Positions 32,742 through 43,570 of a stretch of 64,000 bases of DNA are shown one piece after another. A program made the position numbers and the translations under genes. Each line of letters begins with the position of its first letter. Position 1 is the stretch's first letter. The stretch lies in assembly GCF_058153355.1 (NCBI RefSeq), contig NZ_CM177019.1, one strand, 5' to 3'. The notes under the pieces are model-generated. The model worked only from the letters and a program-made list of their open reading frames with translations. It was not told the origin of the DNA and made no database searches.

Positions 32742-33758
32742 ATGAACGCTAAGATAATTGCCTCGCTGGCCTTCACCAGCATGTTCAGCCTCAGCACCCT
32801 GTTAAGTCCGGCGCACGCCGAAGAGCAGGAAAAGGCGCTGAATTTCGGCATTATTTCAACGGAATCACAGCAAAACCTGAAACCGCAATGGACGCCGTTC
32901 TTACAGGATATGGAGAAGAAGCTGGGCGTAAAGGTCAACGCCTTCTTTGCCCCGGACTACGCGGGCATTATCCAGGGGATGCGCTTCAATAAAGTGGATA
33001 TCGCCTGGTACGGCAATCTATCGGCGATGGAAGCGGTGGATCGCGCCAACGGTCAGGTCTTCGCCCAGACGGTCGCGGCGGATGGATCGCCGGGTTACTG
33101 GAGCGTGTTGATCGTCAACAAAGACAGTCCGATCAACAACCTGAACGATCTGCTGGCGAAGCGTAAAGATCTCACCTTTGGCAATGGCGATCCTAACTCC
33201 ACCTCTGGCTTCCTCGTCCCCGGCTACTACGTCTTCGCCAAAAACAATATCTCCGCCAGCGACTTCAAGCGCACCGTCAACGCCGGGCATGAAACCAACG
33301 CGCTGGCCGTCGCCAACAAGCAGGTGGATGTGGCGACCAACAACACCGAGAACCTCGACAAGCTGAAAACCTCCGCACCGGAGAAGCTCAAAGAACTGAA
33401 GGTGATCTGGAAATCGCCGCTGATCCCAGGCGATCCGATCGTCTGGCGCAAAAATCTTTCCGAAACCACCAAAGACAAGATCTACGACTTCTTTATGAAC
33501 TACGGCAAAACGCCGGAAGAGAAAGCGGTGCTGGAGCGCCTGGGCTGGGCCCCGTTCCGCGCCTCCAGCGACCTGCAACTGGTGCCGATTCGCCAGCTCG
33601 CGCTGTTTAAAGAGATGCAGGGCGTGAAAGGCAATAAAGGGCTGAATGAGCAGGACAAGCTGGCAAAAACCAGCGCCATTCAGGCGCAACTGGATGACCT
33701 GGACCGCCTGAACAACGCGTTAAGCGCGATGAGTTCGGTGAGTAAAGCGGTGCAGTAA
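32742..33758 (+). CDS. phnD: Phosphonate ABC transporter periplasmic binding protein PhnD
   Basis: Signal peptide plus binding-protein fold; recognised sequence. Confidence 0.93.
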   Translation: MNAKIIASLAFTSMFSLSTLLSPAHAEEQEKALNFGIISTESQQNLKPQWTPFLQDMEKKLGVKVNAFFAPDYAGIIQGMRFNKVDIAWYGNLSAMEAVDRANGQVFAQTVAADGSPGYWSVLIVNKDSPINNLNDLLAKRKDLTFGNGDPNSTSGFLVPGYYVFAKNNISASDFKRTVNAGHETNALAVANKQVDVATNNTENLDKLKTSAPEKLKELKVIWKSPLIPGDPIVWRKNLSETTKDKIYDFFMNYGKTPEEKAVLERLGWAPFRASSDLQLVPIRQLALFKEMQGVKGNKGLNEQDKLAKTSAIQAQLDDLDRLNNALSAMSSVSKAVQ

Positions 33759-33772
33759 TGTGCTCGATCGGT

Positions 33773-33862
33773 CCCCTCTCCCTTGAGGGAGAGGGTTAGG
33801 GTGAGGGGGGAAATACGCACGCTGATGCCCTCACCCCGGCCCTCTCCCACAGGGAGAGGGAG
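33773..33862. repeat. GC-rich compound palindromic intergenic element between phnD and phnE
   Basis: Nested inverted repeats ccctctccc/gggagaggg (twice) flanking ttagggtgagggg...gccctcacccc. Confidence 0.7.
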
Positions 33863-33884
33863 AAAACATTAAACGGAGCCAAAC

Positions 33885-34664
33885 ATGCAAACCATCACCA
33901 TCGCCCCACCCAAGCGCAGCTGGTTCTCGCTTCTGAGCTGGGCCATTGTTCTCGCCGTGCTGGTCGTCTCGTGGCAGGGCGCGGAAATGGCCCCGCTCAC
34001 GCTGATTAAAGACGGCGGCAACATGGCGACGTTCGCCGCCGACTTCTTCCCGCCCGATTTCAGCCAGTGGCAGGATTACCTCACCGAAATGGCCGTCACG
34101 CTGCAAATCGCCGTCTGGGGCACCGCGCTGGCAGTCGTTCTCTCCATCCCCTTCGGCCTGATGAGCGCCGAAAACCTGGTGCCGTGGTGGGTGTACCAGC
34201 CCGTGCGCCGTCTGATGGACGCCTGCCGCGCCATTAACGAAATGGTCTTCGCCATGCTGTTCGTGGTCGCCGTCGGTCTCGGGCCGTTCGCTGGCGTGCT
34301 GGCGCTGTTTATTCACACCACCGGCGTGCTTTCCAAACTGCTTTCCGAAGCGGTGGAAGCGATTGAACCCGGCCCGGTGGAAGGTATTCGCGCCACTGGT
34401 GCCAACAAGCTCGAAGAGATCCTCTACGGCGTGCTGCCGCAGGTGATGCCGCTGCTGATCTCCTACTCCCTCTATCGCTTCGAATCCAACGTCCGTTCGG
34501 CCACCGTTGTTGGCATGGTCGGCGCTGGCGGGATCGGCGTCACGCTGTGGGAAGCGATTCGCGGTTTCCAGTTCCAGCAAACCTGCGCCCTGATGGTGCT
34601 GATTATCGTCACGGTCAGCCTGCTGGATTTCCTCTCTCAACGGTTGCGTAAGCACTTTATCTGA
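33885..34664 (+). CDS. phnE: Phosphonate ABC transporter permease PhnE, intact (259 aa)
   Basis: Single uninterrupted ORF with permease features. Confidence 0.9.
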   Translation: MQTITIAPPKRSWFSLLSWAIVLAVLVVSWQGAEMAPLTLIKDGGNMATFAADFFPPDFSQWQDYLTEMAVTLQIAVWGTALAVVLSIPFGLMSAENLVPWWVYQPVRRLMDACRAINEMVFAMLFVVAVGLGPFAGVLALFIHTTGVLSKLLSEAVEAIEPGPVEGIRATGANKLEEILYGVLPQVMPLLISYSLYRFESNVRSATVVGMVGAGGIGVTLWEAIRGFQFQQTCALMVLIIVTVSLLDFLSQRLRKHFI

Positions 34665-34684
34665 TAAGCGAGGCATTGATATCT

Positions 34685-35410
34685 ATGCACTTGTCTACAC
34701 ATCCGACCAGCTACCCAACACGCTATCAGGAGATAGCCGCAAAACTTGAGCAGGAGCTTCGTCAACACTACCGCTGCGGCGACTATCTTCCCGCCGAGCA
34801 GCAACTGGCAGCGCGCTTTGAGGTGAATCGCCACACCCTGCGCCGTGCCATCGACCAACTGGTGGAAAAAGGCTGGGTACAGCGCCGTCAGGGCGTCGGC
34901 GTGCTGGTGCTGATGCGCCCGTTCGATTACCCGCTCAACGCTCAGGCGCGTTTTAGCCAGAACCTGCTGGATCAGGGTAGCCATCCCACCAGCGAAAAAC
35001 TGCTGTCCGTGCTGCGCCCGGCCTCCGGTCACGTCGCTGACGCGCTGGGGATAACCGAGGGCGAGAACGTTATCCACCTGCGCACCCTGCGCCGGGTCAA
35101 CGGCGTCGCGCTCTGTTTAATCGACCACTACTTTGCGGACCTCACCCTCTGGCCGACGCTGCAACGCTTCGACAGCGGCTCGCTGCACGATTTTCTGCGT
35201 GAGCAAACGGGGATTGCGCTGCGCCGCAGCCAGACGCGGATCAGCGCCCGCCGCGCCCAGGCCAAAGAGTGCCAGCGTCTTGAAATCCCGAATATGTCGC
35301 CGCTGCTGTGCGTGCGCACCCTTAACCACCGTGACGGTGAAAGCAGCCCGGCGGAGTACTCCGTCAGCCTGACGCGCGCCGACATGATTGAATTCACTAT
35401 GGAGCACTGA
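34685..35410 (+). CDS. phnF: GntR-family repressor PhnF (241 aa)
   Basis: N-terminal winged HTH, UTRA-like C-terminal domain; start at MHLSTHPTSYPTRYQEIAAKLE. Confidence 0.9.
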   Translation: MHLSTHPTSYPTRYQEIAAKLEQELRQHYRCGDYLPAEQQLAARFEVNRHTLRRAIDQLVEKGWVQRRQGVGVLVLMRPFDYPLNAQARFSQNLLDQGSHPTSEKLLSVLRPASGHVADALGITEGENVIHLRTLRRVNGVALCLIDHYFADLTLWPTLQRFDSGSLHDFLREQTGIALRRSQTRISARRAQAKECQRLEIPNMSPLLCVRTLNHRDGESSPAEYSVSLTRADMIEFTMEH

Positions 35411-35863
35411 ATGCACGCAGATACCGCGACCCGCCAGCACTGGATGTCCGTGCTGGCGCACAGCCAACCGGCTGAACTGGCTAACCGCCTTAAAGCGCTA
35501 AACATCACCGCCGACTATGACATTATCCGCGCCGCCGAAACCGGCCTGGTACAGATTCAGGCGCGGATGGGTGGCACCGGCGAACGCTTTTTTGCCGGCG
35601 ACGCCACGCTCACCCGCGCCGCCATACGCCTGACTGACGGCACGCTCGGCTACAGCTGGGTGCTGGGGCGCGACAAACAGCACGCCGAACGCTGCGCGCT
35701 GATTGACGCGCTGATGCAGCAATCTCGCCACTTTCAAAACTTATCAGAAACCCTTATTGCCCCGCTGGACGCTGACCGTATGGCACGCATTGCCGCACGC
35801 CAGGCCGAAGTGAACGCCAGTCGGGTCGACTTCTTTACGATGGTTCGCGGAGACAACGCATGA
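35411..35863 (+). CDS. phnG: C-P lyase core complex subunit PhnG
   Basis: Recognised sequence; operon position. Confidence 0.92.
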   Translation: MHADTATRQHWMSVLAHSQPAELANRLKALNITADYDIIRAAETGLVQIQARMGGTGERFFAGDATLTRAAIRLTDGTLGYSWVLGRDKQHAERCALIDALMQQSRHFQNLSETLIAPLDADRMARIAARQAEVNASRVDFFTMVRGDNA

Positions 35864-36444
35864 CCCTGGAAACCGCTTTTATGCTTCCCGTGCAGGATGC
35901 CCAGCACAGTTTTCGTCGCCTGTTAAAGGCCATGAGCGAGCCGGGCGTGATTGTCGCCCTACATCAACTCAAACGCGGCTGGCAGCCGCTGAATATTGCC
36001 TCTACCAGCGTATTGCTGACGCTGGCTGATAACGACACGCCGGTGTGGCTTTCCGCGCCATTAAGTAACGATATCGTCAGCCAGAGCCTGCGTTTTCATA
36101 CCAACGCCCCGCTGGTCAATCAGCCGGAACAGGCGACCTTCGCAGTGACGGATGAGGCGATTGCCAGCGAGCAGCTCAACGCCCTTTCCACCGGCACCGC
36201 CGTTGCGCCGGAAGCCGGTGCGACGTTGATTTTACAGGTCACCAGCCTGAGCGGCGGACGCATGCTGCGCCTCACCGGCGCGGGTATTGCCGAAGAACGG
36301 ATGATCGCCCCGCAACTGCCGGAGTGCATTCTGCACGAACTCACCGAGCGCCCGCACCCGTTCCCGCTCGGCATCGACCTGATCCTGACCTGCGGCGAGC
36401 GCCTGCTGGCTATTCCGCGAACCACTCATGTGGAGGTGTGCTGA
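35860..36444 (+). CDS. phnH: C-P lyase core complex subunit PhnH
   Basis: Recognised sequence; overlaps neighbours by 4/1 nt. Confidence 0.92.
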   Translation: MTLETAFMLPVQDAQHSFRRLLKAMSEPGVIVALHQLKRGWQPLNIASTSVLLTLADNDTPVWLSAPLSNDIVSQSLRFHTNAPLVNQPEQATFAVTDEAIASEQLNALSTGTAVAPEAGATLILQVTSLSGGRMLRLTGAGIAEERMIAPQLPECILHELTERPHPFPLGIDLILTCGERLLAIPRTTHVEVC

Positions 36445-37508
36445 TGTACGTTGCCGTGAAAGGGGGCGAGAAGGCGATCGACGCCGCCCACGCCCTGCAA
36501 GAGAGCCGACGCCGGGGCGATACCGATTTGCCTGAACTGAGCGTCGCCCAGATTGAACAGCAGCTTAATCTCGCGGTGGATCGCGTGATGACCGAAGGCG
36601 GCATTGCCGACCGCGAACTGGCCGCACTGGCGCTGAAACAGGCCAGTGGCGATAACGTTGAAGCAATTTTCCTGCTGCGCGCCTACCGCACGACGCTGGC
36701 AAAACTGGCGGTAAGCGAGCCGCTCGACACCACCGGGATGCGTCTCGAACGCCGTATCTCCGCCGTTTATAAAGACATTCCTGGCGGCCAGCTGCTTGGC
36801 CCGACCTACGACTACACCCATCGCCTGCTGGATTTCACCCTGCTGGCGAATGGCGAAGCGCCGACGCTGACCACCGCCGACAGCGAGCAAGCCCCATCGC
36901 CGCACGTTTTCAGCCTGCTGGCGCGTCAGGGGCTGGCGAAGTTTGAAGAGGATAGCGGCGCACAGCCGGATGACATCACCCGTACACCGCCGGTTTACCC
37001 TTGCTCTCGCGCCTCCCGCCTGCAACAGCTCATGCGCGGCGACGAAGGCTACTTGCTGGCGCTGGCCTACTCCACCCAGCGCGGATATGGTCGCAATCAC
37101 CCCTTCGCAGGTGAAATCCGCAGCGGCTATATCGACGTGTCGATTGTGCCAGAAGAGCTGGGATTTTCAGTAAACGTCGGCGAACTGCTGATGACCGAGT
37201 GTGAAATGGTCAACGGTTTTATCGACCCGCCGGATGAGCCGCCGCACTTCACGCGCGGCTACGGGCTGGTGTTCGGCATGAGCGAGCGCAAAGCGATGGC
37301 AATGGCGCTGGTTGACCGTGCGTTGCAGGCTCCGGAGTACGGCGAGCACGCGACAGGCCCGGCGCAGGATGAAGAGTTCGTGCTGGCGCATGCCGACAAC
37401 GTCGAAGCCGCAGGCTTTGTCTCGCACCTCAAACTCCCGCACTACGTCGATTTCCAGGCCGAGCTGGAGCTACTCAAACGTCTGCAACAGGAGCAGAACC
37501 ATGGCTAA
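36444..37508 (+). CDS. phnI: C-P lyase subunit PhnI (354 aa)
   Basis: Start [19 protein letters not shown] chosen inside the longer ORF at the phnH stop overlap. Confidence 0.92.
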   Translation: MYVAVKGGEKAIDAAHALQESRRRGDTDLPELSVAQIEQQLNLAVDRVMTEGGIADRELAALALKQASGDNVEAIFLLRAYRTTLAKLAVSEPLDTTGMRLERRISAVYKDIPGGQLLGPTYDYTHRLLDFTLLANGEAPTLTTADSEQAPSPHVFSLLARQGLAKFEEDSGAQPDDITRTPPVYPCSRASRLQQLMRGDEGYLLALAYSTQRGYGRNHPFAGEIRSGYIDVSIVPEELGFSVNVGELLMTECEMVNGFIDPPDEPPHFTRGYGLVFGMSERKAMAMALVDRALQAPEYGEHATGPAQDEEFVLAHADNVEAAGFVSHLKLPHYVDFQAELELLKRLQQEQNHG

Positions 37509-38346
37509 TCTGAGCGGCTACAACTTTGCCTACCTCGACGAGCAGACCAAACGCATGATCCGCCGCGCCATCTTAAAAGCGGTGGCGATCCCCGGCTATC
37601 AGGTGCCGTTTGGCGGGCGCGAGATGCCGATGCCATACGGCTGGGGAACCGGCGGCATACAGCTTACCGCCAGCGTGATTGGCGAAAGCGACGTGTTGAA
37701 GGTGATTGACCAGGGCGCGGATGACACCACCAACGCCGTATCAATTCGCAACTTTTTCAAGCGCGTGACCGGGGTAAACACCACTGAACGTACGGATGAT
37801 GCGACGCTTATCCAGACGCGCCACCGCATCCCCGAAACGCCGCTGACCGAAGATCAGATCATTATTTTCCAGGTGCCCATCCCCGAACCGCTGCGCTTTA
37901 TCGAGCCGCGCGAAACGGAGACCCGCACTATGCACGCGCTGGAGGAGTACGGCGTGATGCAGGTGAAACTGTATGAAGATATCGCCCGCTTCGGTCATAT
38001 CGCCACCACCTACGCCTATCCGGTGAAGGTGAACGGACGCTACGTAATGGACCCATCGCCGATCCCGAAATTTGATAACCCGAAAATGGACATGATGCCC
38101 GCCCTGCAACTGTTCGGCGCGGGGCGCGAAAAGCGTATTTATGCGGTGCCGCCGTTTACCCGCGTGGAAAGCCTCGATTTCGACGATCATCCGTTCACCG
38201 TTCAGCAGTGGGATGAACCCTGCGCGATTTGCGGATCAACCCACAGCTATCTTGATGAAGTGGTGCTGGATGACGCCGGAAACCGCATGTTTGTCTGCTC
38301 CGATACCGATTATTGCCGCCAACAGAGCGAGGCGAAAAGCCAATGA
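37501..38346 (+). CDS. phnJ: C-P lyase catalytic subunit PhnJ (281 aa)
   Basis: Start MANLSGYNFAYLDEQTKRMIRRAILKAV; four-Cys motif near the C-terminus (CAICGS...CSDTDYC). Confidence 0.92.
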   Translation: MANLSGYNFAYLDEQTKRMIRRAILKAVAIPGYQVPFGGREMPMPYGWGTGGIQLTASVIGESDVLKVIDQGADDTTNAVSIRNFFKRVTGVNTTERTDDATLIQTRHRIPETPLTEDQIIIFQVPIPEPLRFIEPRETETRTMHALEEYGVMQVKLYEDIARFGHIATTYAYPVKVNGRYVMDPSPIPKFDNPKMDMMPALQLFGAGREKRIYAVPPFTRVESLDFDDHPFTVQQWDEPCAICGSTHSYLDEVVLDDAGNRMFVCSDTDYCRQQSEAKSQ

Positions 38347-39101
38347 ATCAACCGTTACTTTCGGTCAATAACCTGACCCACCTCTACGCGCCGGGCAAAG
38401 GCTTTAGCGATGTCTCTTTTGATTTATGGCCGGGGGAAGTGCTGGGCATCGTCGGGGAATCCGGCTCCGGGAAGACCACGCTGCTGAAATCAATCTCCGC
38501 GCGCCTGACGCCGCAGCAGGGGGAGATTCGCTATGAAAACCGCTCCCTCTATGGCATGAGCGAAGCCGACCGCCGCCGTTTGCTGCGCACCGAATGGGGC
38601 GTGGTGCATCAGCATCCGCTCGACGGCCTGCGCCGTCAGGTGTCAGCAGGCGGCAATATCGGCGAACGGCTGATGGCGACCGGGGCGCGTCATTACGGCG
38701 ACATTCGCGCCACCGCGCAGAAGTGGCTGGAAGAGGTGGAGATTCCCGCCAACCGTATCGACGATCTGCCGACCACTTTTTCCGGCGGCATGCAGCAGCG
38801 TTTGCAGATTGCCCGCAACCTGGTGACGCATCCGAAGCTGGTGTTTATGGACGAGCCAACCGGCGGGCTGGATGTGTCAGTGCAGGCACGCCTGCTCGAC
38901 CTGCTGCGCGGTCTGGTGGTGGAGCTGAACCTGGCAGTGGTGATTGTCACCCATGATCTGGGTGTCGCACGCCTGTTGGCAGACCGTTTGCTGGTGATGA
39001 AACAGGGGCAAGTGGTGGAGAGTGGCTTAACCGACCGCGTGCTCGACGACCCGCATCACCCGTATACCCAGTTGCTGGTGTCATCGGTTTTGCAGAATTG
39101 A
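38343..39101 (+). CDS. phnK: C-P lyase-associated ABC ATPase PhnK (252 aa)
   Basis: Walker A GESGSGKTT; start MNQPLLSVNNLTHLY. Confidence 0.92.
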   Translation: MNQPLLSVNNLTHLYAPGKGFSDVSFDLWPGEVLGIVGESGSGKTTLLKSISARLTPQQGEIRYENRSLYGMSEADRRRLLRTEWGVVHQHPLDGLRRQVSAGGNIGERLMATGARHYGDIRATAQKWLEEVEIPANRIDDLPTTFSGGMQQRLQIARNLVTHPKLVFMDEPTGGLDVSVQARLLDLLRGLVVELNLAVVIVTHDLGVARLLADRLLVMKQGQVVESGLTDRVLDDPHHPYTQLLVSSVLQN

Positions 39102-39104
39102 GCC

Positions 39105-39252
39105 GGTGCCGGATGCGGCGTAAACGCCTTATCCGGCTTTTCAGGCCGCAACGCCTGATGGCGCTTCGCTTATCAGGCCTACAAAACCATCGTAATACGT
39201 TGATATTGATTCATTTGTAGGCCGGATAAGGCGCAGCCGCCATCCGGCAAAA
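39105..39252. repeat. REP/BIME cluster between phnK and phnL
   Basis: Several REP units (gccggatgcggcgtaaacgccttatccggc; gcctgatggcgcttcgcttatcaggcctac; tgtaggccggataaggcgcagccgccatccggca); contains an ATCAGGCCTAC 11-mer at about 39172-39182. Confidence 0.85.
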
Positions 39253-39268
39253 ACACGAAGAGGCCAAA

Positions 39269-39949
39269 ATGATCCGCGTCGAAAACGTCAGTAAAACCTT
39301 CATCCTGCACCAGCAAAACGGCGTGCGCCTGCCCGTCTTACAACGCGCCTCGCTCACCGTCAACGCGGGCGAATGCGTGGTGCTCCACGGTCACTCCGGC
39401 AGCGGCAAATCAACTCTGCTACGCTCGCTGTACGCCAACTATCTGCCCGACGAAGGGCAAATTCAGATCAAACATGGTGACGAGTGGGTAGACCTGGTCA
39501 CCGCGCCAGCGCGCAAAGTGGTGGAAATCCGCAAAACCACCGTCGGCTGGGTGAGCCAGTTTCTGCGGGTCATCCCGCGTATTTCAGCGCTGGAAGTGGT
39601 AATGCAGCCGCTGCTCGATACCGGCGTTTCGCGTGATGCCTGCGCCGCTAAAGCCGCGCGTCTGCTCACCCGCCTGAACGTGCCGGAACGTCTGTGGCAC
39701 CTGGCGCCATCGACCTTCTCCGGCGGCGAACAGCAGCGCGTCAACATCGCGCGCGGCTTTATCGTCGATTACCCCATTCTGCTGCTCGACGAACCTACTG
39801 CCTCGCTGGACGCCAAAAACAGCGCCGCGGTGGTGGAACTGATCCGCGAAGCTAAAACCCGCGGCGCAGCCATCGTCGGCATCTTCCACGACGAAGCCGT
39901 ACGCAATGACGTCGCCGACCGCCTCCACCCAATGGGAGCCTCTGCATGA
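39269..39949 (+). CDS. phnL: C-P lyase-associated ABC ATPase PhnL
   Basis: Walker [10 protein letters not shown]; operon position. Confidence 0.92.
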   Translation: MIRVENVSKTFILHQQNGVRLPVLQRASLTVNAGECVVLHGHSGSGKSTLLRSLYANYLPDEGQIQIKHGDEWVDLVTAPARKVVEIRKTTVGWVSQFLRVIPRISALEVVMQPLLDTGVSRDACAAKAARLLTRLNVPERLWHLAPSTFSGGEQQRVNIARGFIVDYPILLLDEPTASLDAKNSAAVVELIREAKTRGAAIVGIFHDEAVRNDVADRLHPMGASA

Positions 39950-41082
39950 TTATCAATAACGTCAAACTGGTGCTGGAAAACGAAGTGGTACACGGTTCGC
40001 TGGAGGTGCAGGACGGCGAAATTCGCGCCTTTGCCGAAAGCCAGAGCCGCCTGCCAGAGGCGATGGACGGCGAAGGCGGCTGGCTGCTGCCGGGGCTGAT
40101 TGAGCTGCATACCGACAACCTCGATAAATTCTTCACTCCGCGCCCAAAAGTGGACTGGCCTGCCCACTCGGCGATGAGCAGCCACGATGCGCTGATGGTG
40201 GCGAGCGGCATCACCACCGTGCTGGACGCCGTGGCGATTGGCGACGTGCGCGACGGCGGCGATCGGCTGGAGAATCTGGAAAAGATGATCAACGCCATCG
40301 AAGAGACGCAGAAACGCGGCGTCAACCGCGCCGAGCACCGCCTGCACCTGCGCTGCGAACTGCCGCATCACACTACGCTGCCGCTGTTTGAAAAACTGGT
40401 GCAGCGCGAGCCGGTCACGCTGGTGTCGCTAATGGACCACTCACCGGGCCAGCGCCAGTTCGCCAATCGCGAGAAATATCGCGAATATTATCAGGGCAAA
40501 TACTCGCTCACCGATGCGCAGATGCAGCAGTATGAAGGGGAACAACTGGCGCTTGCCGCACGCTGGTCGCAGCCGAATCGCGAAACCATCGCCGCAATGT
40601 GCCGCGCGCGACAAATTGCCCTCGCCAGCCACGATGACGCCACGCACGCGCACGTTGCCGAATCCCACCAGCTTGGCAGCGTAATCGCCGAATTTCCCAC
40701 CACGTTCGAAGCGGCGGAAGCTTCGCGCAAGCATGGCATGAATGTATTGATGGGCGCGCCGAATATTGTGCGCGGCGGTTCGCACTCCGGCAACGTGGCG
40801 GCCAGTGAACTGGCACAGCTTGGTCTGCTGGATATCCTCTCTTCCGACTACTACCCCGCCAGCCTGCTCGATGCGGCATTTCGCGTCGCCGATGACGAGA
40901 GCAACCGCTTTACGCTGCCGCAGGCGGTGAAGCTGGTGACTAAAAATCCGGCCCAGGCGCTTAATCTTCAGGATCGCGGGGTGATTGGCGAGGGCAAACG
41001 CGCCGACCTGGTGCTGGCGCATCGCAAGGGCAACCACATTCATATCGATCACGTCTGGCGTCAGGGTAAAAGGGTGTTCTGA
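39946..41082 (+). CDS. phnM: Ribose-triphosphate diphosphohydrolase PhnM (amidohydrolase fold)
   Basis: Recognised sequence; metal-dependent hydrolase motifs. Confidence 0.92.
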   Translation: MIINNVKLVLENEVVHGSLEVQDGEIRAFAESQSRLPEAMDGEGGWLLPGLIELHTDNLDKFFTPRPKVDWPAHSAMSSHDALMVASGITTVLDAVAIGDVRDGGDRLENLEKMINAIEETQKRGVNRAEHRLHLRCELPHHTTLPLFEKLVQREPVTLVSLMDHSPGQRQFANREKYREYYQGKYSLTDAQMQQYEGEQLALAARWSQPNRETIAAMCRARQIALASHDDATHAHVAESHQLGSVIAEFPTTFEAAEASRKHGMNVLMGAPNIVRGGSHSGNVAASELAQLGLLDILSSDYYPASLLDAAFRVADDESNRFTLPQAVKLVTKNPAQALNLQDRGVIGEGKRADLVLAHRKGNHIHIDHVWRQGKRVF

Positions 41083-41639
41083 TGACGGGAAAACTGATTT
41101 GGTTAATGGGGGCCTCTGGCTCCGGAAAAGACAGTCTGTTGACGGAACTCCGCCAGCGGGAACAAACTCAGCTACTGGTAGCGCATCGCTACATCACGCG
41201 CGCCGCCAGCGCCGGAAGTGAAAACCATATCGCCCTGAGCGAGCAGGAGTTTTTTACCCGCGCGGGGCAGAACCTTCTGGCCTTAAGCTGGCACGCCAAC
41301 GGCCTGTATTATGGCATCGGCGTCGAGATTGACCTCTGGCTGCACGCTGGATTTGACGTGGTGGTCAACGGCTCACGCGCCCATCTACCGCAGGCGCGGG
41401 CGCGCTATCAATCGGCGCTGCTGCCCATCTGTTTACAGGTTTCGCCAGAGATCCTGCGCCAGCGCCTGGAAAACCGTGGCCGTGAAAACGCCAGTGAAAT
41501 TAACGCCCGCCTGGCGCGCGCCGCCCGCTATACTCCTCAGGATTGTCTTACGCTCAATAATGACGGCAGCCTGCGCCAGTCGGTCGACAAGCTGCTGACG
41601 CTGATTCATCAGAAGGAGAAACACCATGCCTGCTTGTGA
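41082..41639 (+). CDS. phnN: Ribose 1,5-bisphosphate phosphokinase PhnN
   Basis: P-loop GASGSGKDS; operon position. Confidence 0.92.
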
Positions 41640-42060
41640 GCTTCGCCCGGCCACGCAGTACGACACCGACGCAGTTTACGCGCTGATTTGTGAGCTAAAA
41701 CAGGCGGAGTTTGACCACCACGCGTTTCGCGTGGGGTTTAACGCCAATCTGCGCGACCCGAACATGCGCTACCATCTGGCGCTGCTGGATGGCGAAGTTG
41801 TCGGCATGATCGGCCTGCATTTGCAGTTTCATCTGCATCATGTCAACTGGATCGGCGAAATTCAGGAACTGGTGGTGATGCCGCAGGCGCGCGGTCTGAA
41901 CGTCGGCAGTAAATTACTGGCATGGGCCGAAGAAGAAGCCCGCCAGGCCGGGGCCGAAATGACCGAGCTTTCCACCAACGTCAAGCGCCACGACGCGCAC
42001 CGTTTCTATCTGCGCGAAGGCTACGAGCAGAGCCACTTCCGCTTCACCAAGGCGCTGTAA
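41626..42060 (+). CDS. phnO: Aminoalkylphosphonate N-acetyltransferase PhnO (GNAT)
   Basis: GNAT fold; operon position. Confidence 0.92.
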
Positions 42061-42061
42061 C

Positions 42062-42820
42062 ATGAGCCTGACCCTCACACTTACTGGCACTGGCGGCGCA
42101 CAGGGCGTTCCCGCATGGGGCTGTGAGTGTGCGGCCTGCGCCAGAGCGCAGCGCTCACCGCAGTATCGCCGCCAGCCATGCAGCGGCGTCGTGAAGTTTA
42201 ACGAGGCGATCACCCTGATCGACGCCGGGCTGCACGATCTCGCCGATCGCTGGTCGCCCGGATCGTTCCAGCAGTTTTTGCTGACGCACTACCATATGGA
42301 TCACGTGCAGGGGCTGTTTCCGCTGCGCTGGGGCGTGGGCGATTCTATCCCGGTCTACGGCCCGCCGGATGAACAGGGCTGCGACGATCTGTTTAGACAT
42401 CCGGGCCTGCTTGATTTCAGCCACACGGTGGAGCCATTTGTGATGTTTGATTTGCAGGGATTACAGGTCACGCCGCTGCCGCTCAACCATTCGAAACTCA
42501 CTTTCGGCTATCTACTGGAAACGGCACATAGCCGGGTGGCGTGGCTGTCTGACACCGCAGGCCTGCCGGAAAAAACGGTGAAATTTTTACGCAATAATCA
42601 GCCGCAGGTGATGGTGATTGATTGCAGCCACCCACCGCGCGCGAATTCGCCACGCAATCACTGTGATTTAAACACCGTGCTGGCGCTGAATGAAGTTATC
42701 CGCTCGCCGCGCGTGGTTCTGACACATATCAGCCATCAGCTTGATGTGTGGCTGATGGAGAACGTACTGCCGTCAGGGTTTGAGGCGGGGTTTGATGGGA
42801 TGGAGATTGGGGTGGAGTAA
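42062..42820 (+). CDS. phnP: Phosphoribosyl cyclic phosphodiesterase PhnP (metallo-beta-lactamase fold)
   Basis: HYHMDH motif; last gene of the phn operon. Confidence 0.92.
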   Translation: MSLTLTLTGTGGAQGVPAWGCECAACARAQRSPQYRRQPCSGVVKFNEAITLIDAGLHDLADRWSPGSFQQFLLTHYHMDHVQGLFPLRWGVGDSIPVYGPPDEQGCDDLFRHPGLLDFSHTVEPFVMFDLQGLQVTPLPLNHSKLTFGYLLETAHSRVAWLSDTAGLPEKTVKFLRNNQPQVMVIDCSHPPRANSPRNHCDLNTVLALNEVIRSPRVVLTHISHQLDVWLMENVLPSGFEAGFDGMEIGVE

Positions 42821-42854
42821 TGGGTGAGGGGCGATGCCTGCTCTAAACTCAACA

Positions 42855-43184
42855 TCACCGCCCATACTCATCTTCCATTCTCCGCTCTTCATCTTCTAGC
42901 TGCCGACGCTCCTGATCCAGCTGGCGCTGGCGATCGTCCAGCTGCCTGCGGCGATCTTCAAACTGGCGGCGGCGATCGTCATATTGTCTGCGCCGATCGT
43001 CGTTCACTTCACGCTGCCAGCCGTCGTCGCGCGAATCTTCATAGTCTCGCCCACGGTCAGGGTTATAAGCATCGTTAATCGCCTGCTGAATATTGCCAAT
43101 GGTGTCGTCGATAATATCGGCCTGGGCCGGAACGGTGGACAGCGTGAGCAGGGTGAATAAAAGAAATAGCGGAAAACGTTTCAT
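42855..43184 (-). CDS. yjdP: Secreted Arg/Asp/Glu-rich repeat protein YjdP (109 aa)
   Basis: Signal peptide followed by low-complexity DDRRRQ.. repeats. Confidence 0.85.
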   Translation of the reverse strand: MKRFPLFLLFTLLTLSTVPAQADIIDDTIGNIQQAINDAYNPDRGRDYEDSRDDGWQREVNDDRRRQYDDRRRQFEDRRRQLDDRQRQLDQERRQLEDEERRMEDEYGR

Positions 43185-43252
43185 TAGCCAACCTCAAAAA
43201 GAAACTCTATCCACATTAGTCATTACTCATCCATGCAAGTAGTGGATGAATC

Positions 43253-43570
43253 TCAATTTTTCCGCTGCTCTATTGCCGTAATCGCCTCCACGCGTTGTTG
43301 ATGACGACCGCCTTCGTACTGCGCGCCCAGCCACGCATCCACAATCATTTTTGCCAGTTCGAGGCCAACCACTCGTGAACCAAAAGCCAGTGCAACTTCA
43401 CTGGCGTAATGCGGATAATCAGTGCGCTCTGACGACCTGGTTTCTTTATCAATCCCCTCACTCATTGACCATGAATAAAAGGCTGGCACAGCAACGCAGA
43501 ATCCTGCGGTGCCAGCGACATGACCGCCCATTGCTCCGGTACGTTTTTTAATAAGAAATACCGGTTGCAT
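43253..43570 (-). pseudogene. rpiB: rpiB-derived remnant: C-terminal region of ribose-5-phosphate isomerase B retained, internal segment missing, N-terminal part unrecognisable
   Basis: ORF contains ...SSERTDYPHYAS.VALA then FGSRVVGLELAKMIVDAWLGAQYEGGRHQQRVEAITAIEQR.N, which matches RpiB as I recall it, but about 50 central residues including the catalytic Cys region are absent. Confidence 0.55.
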
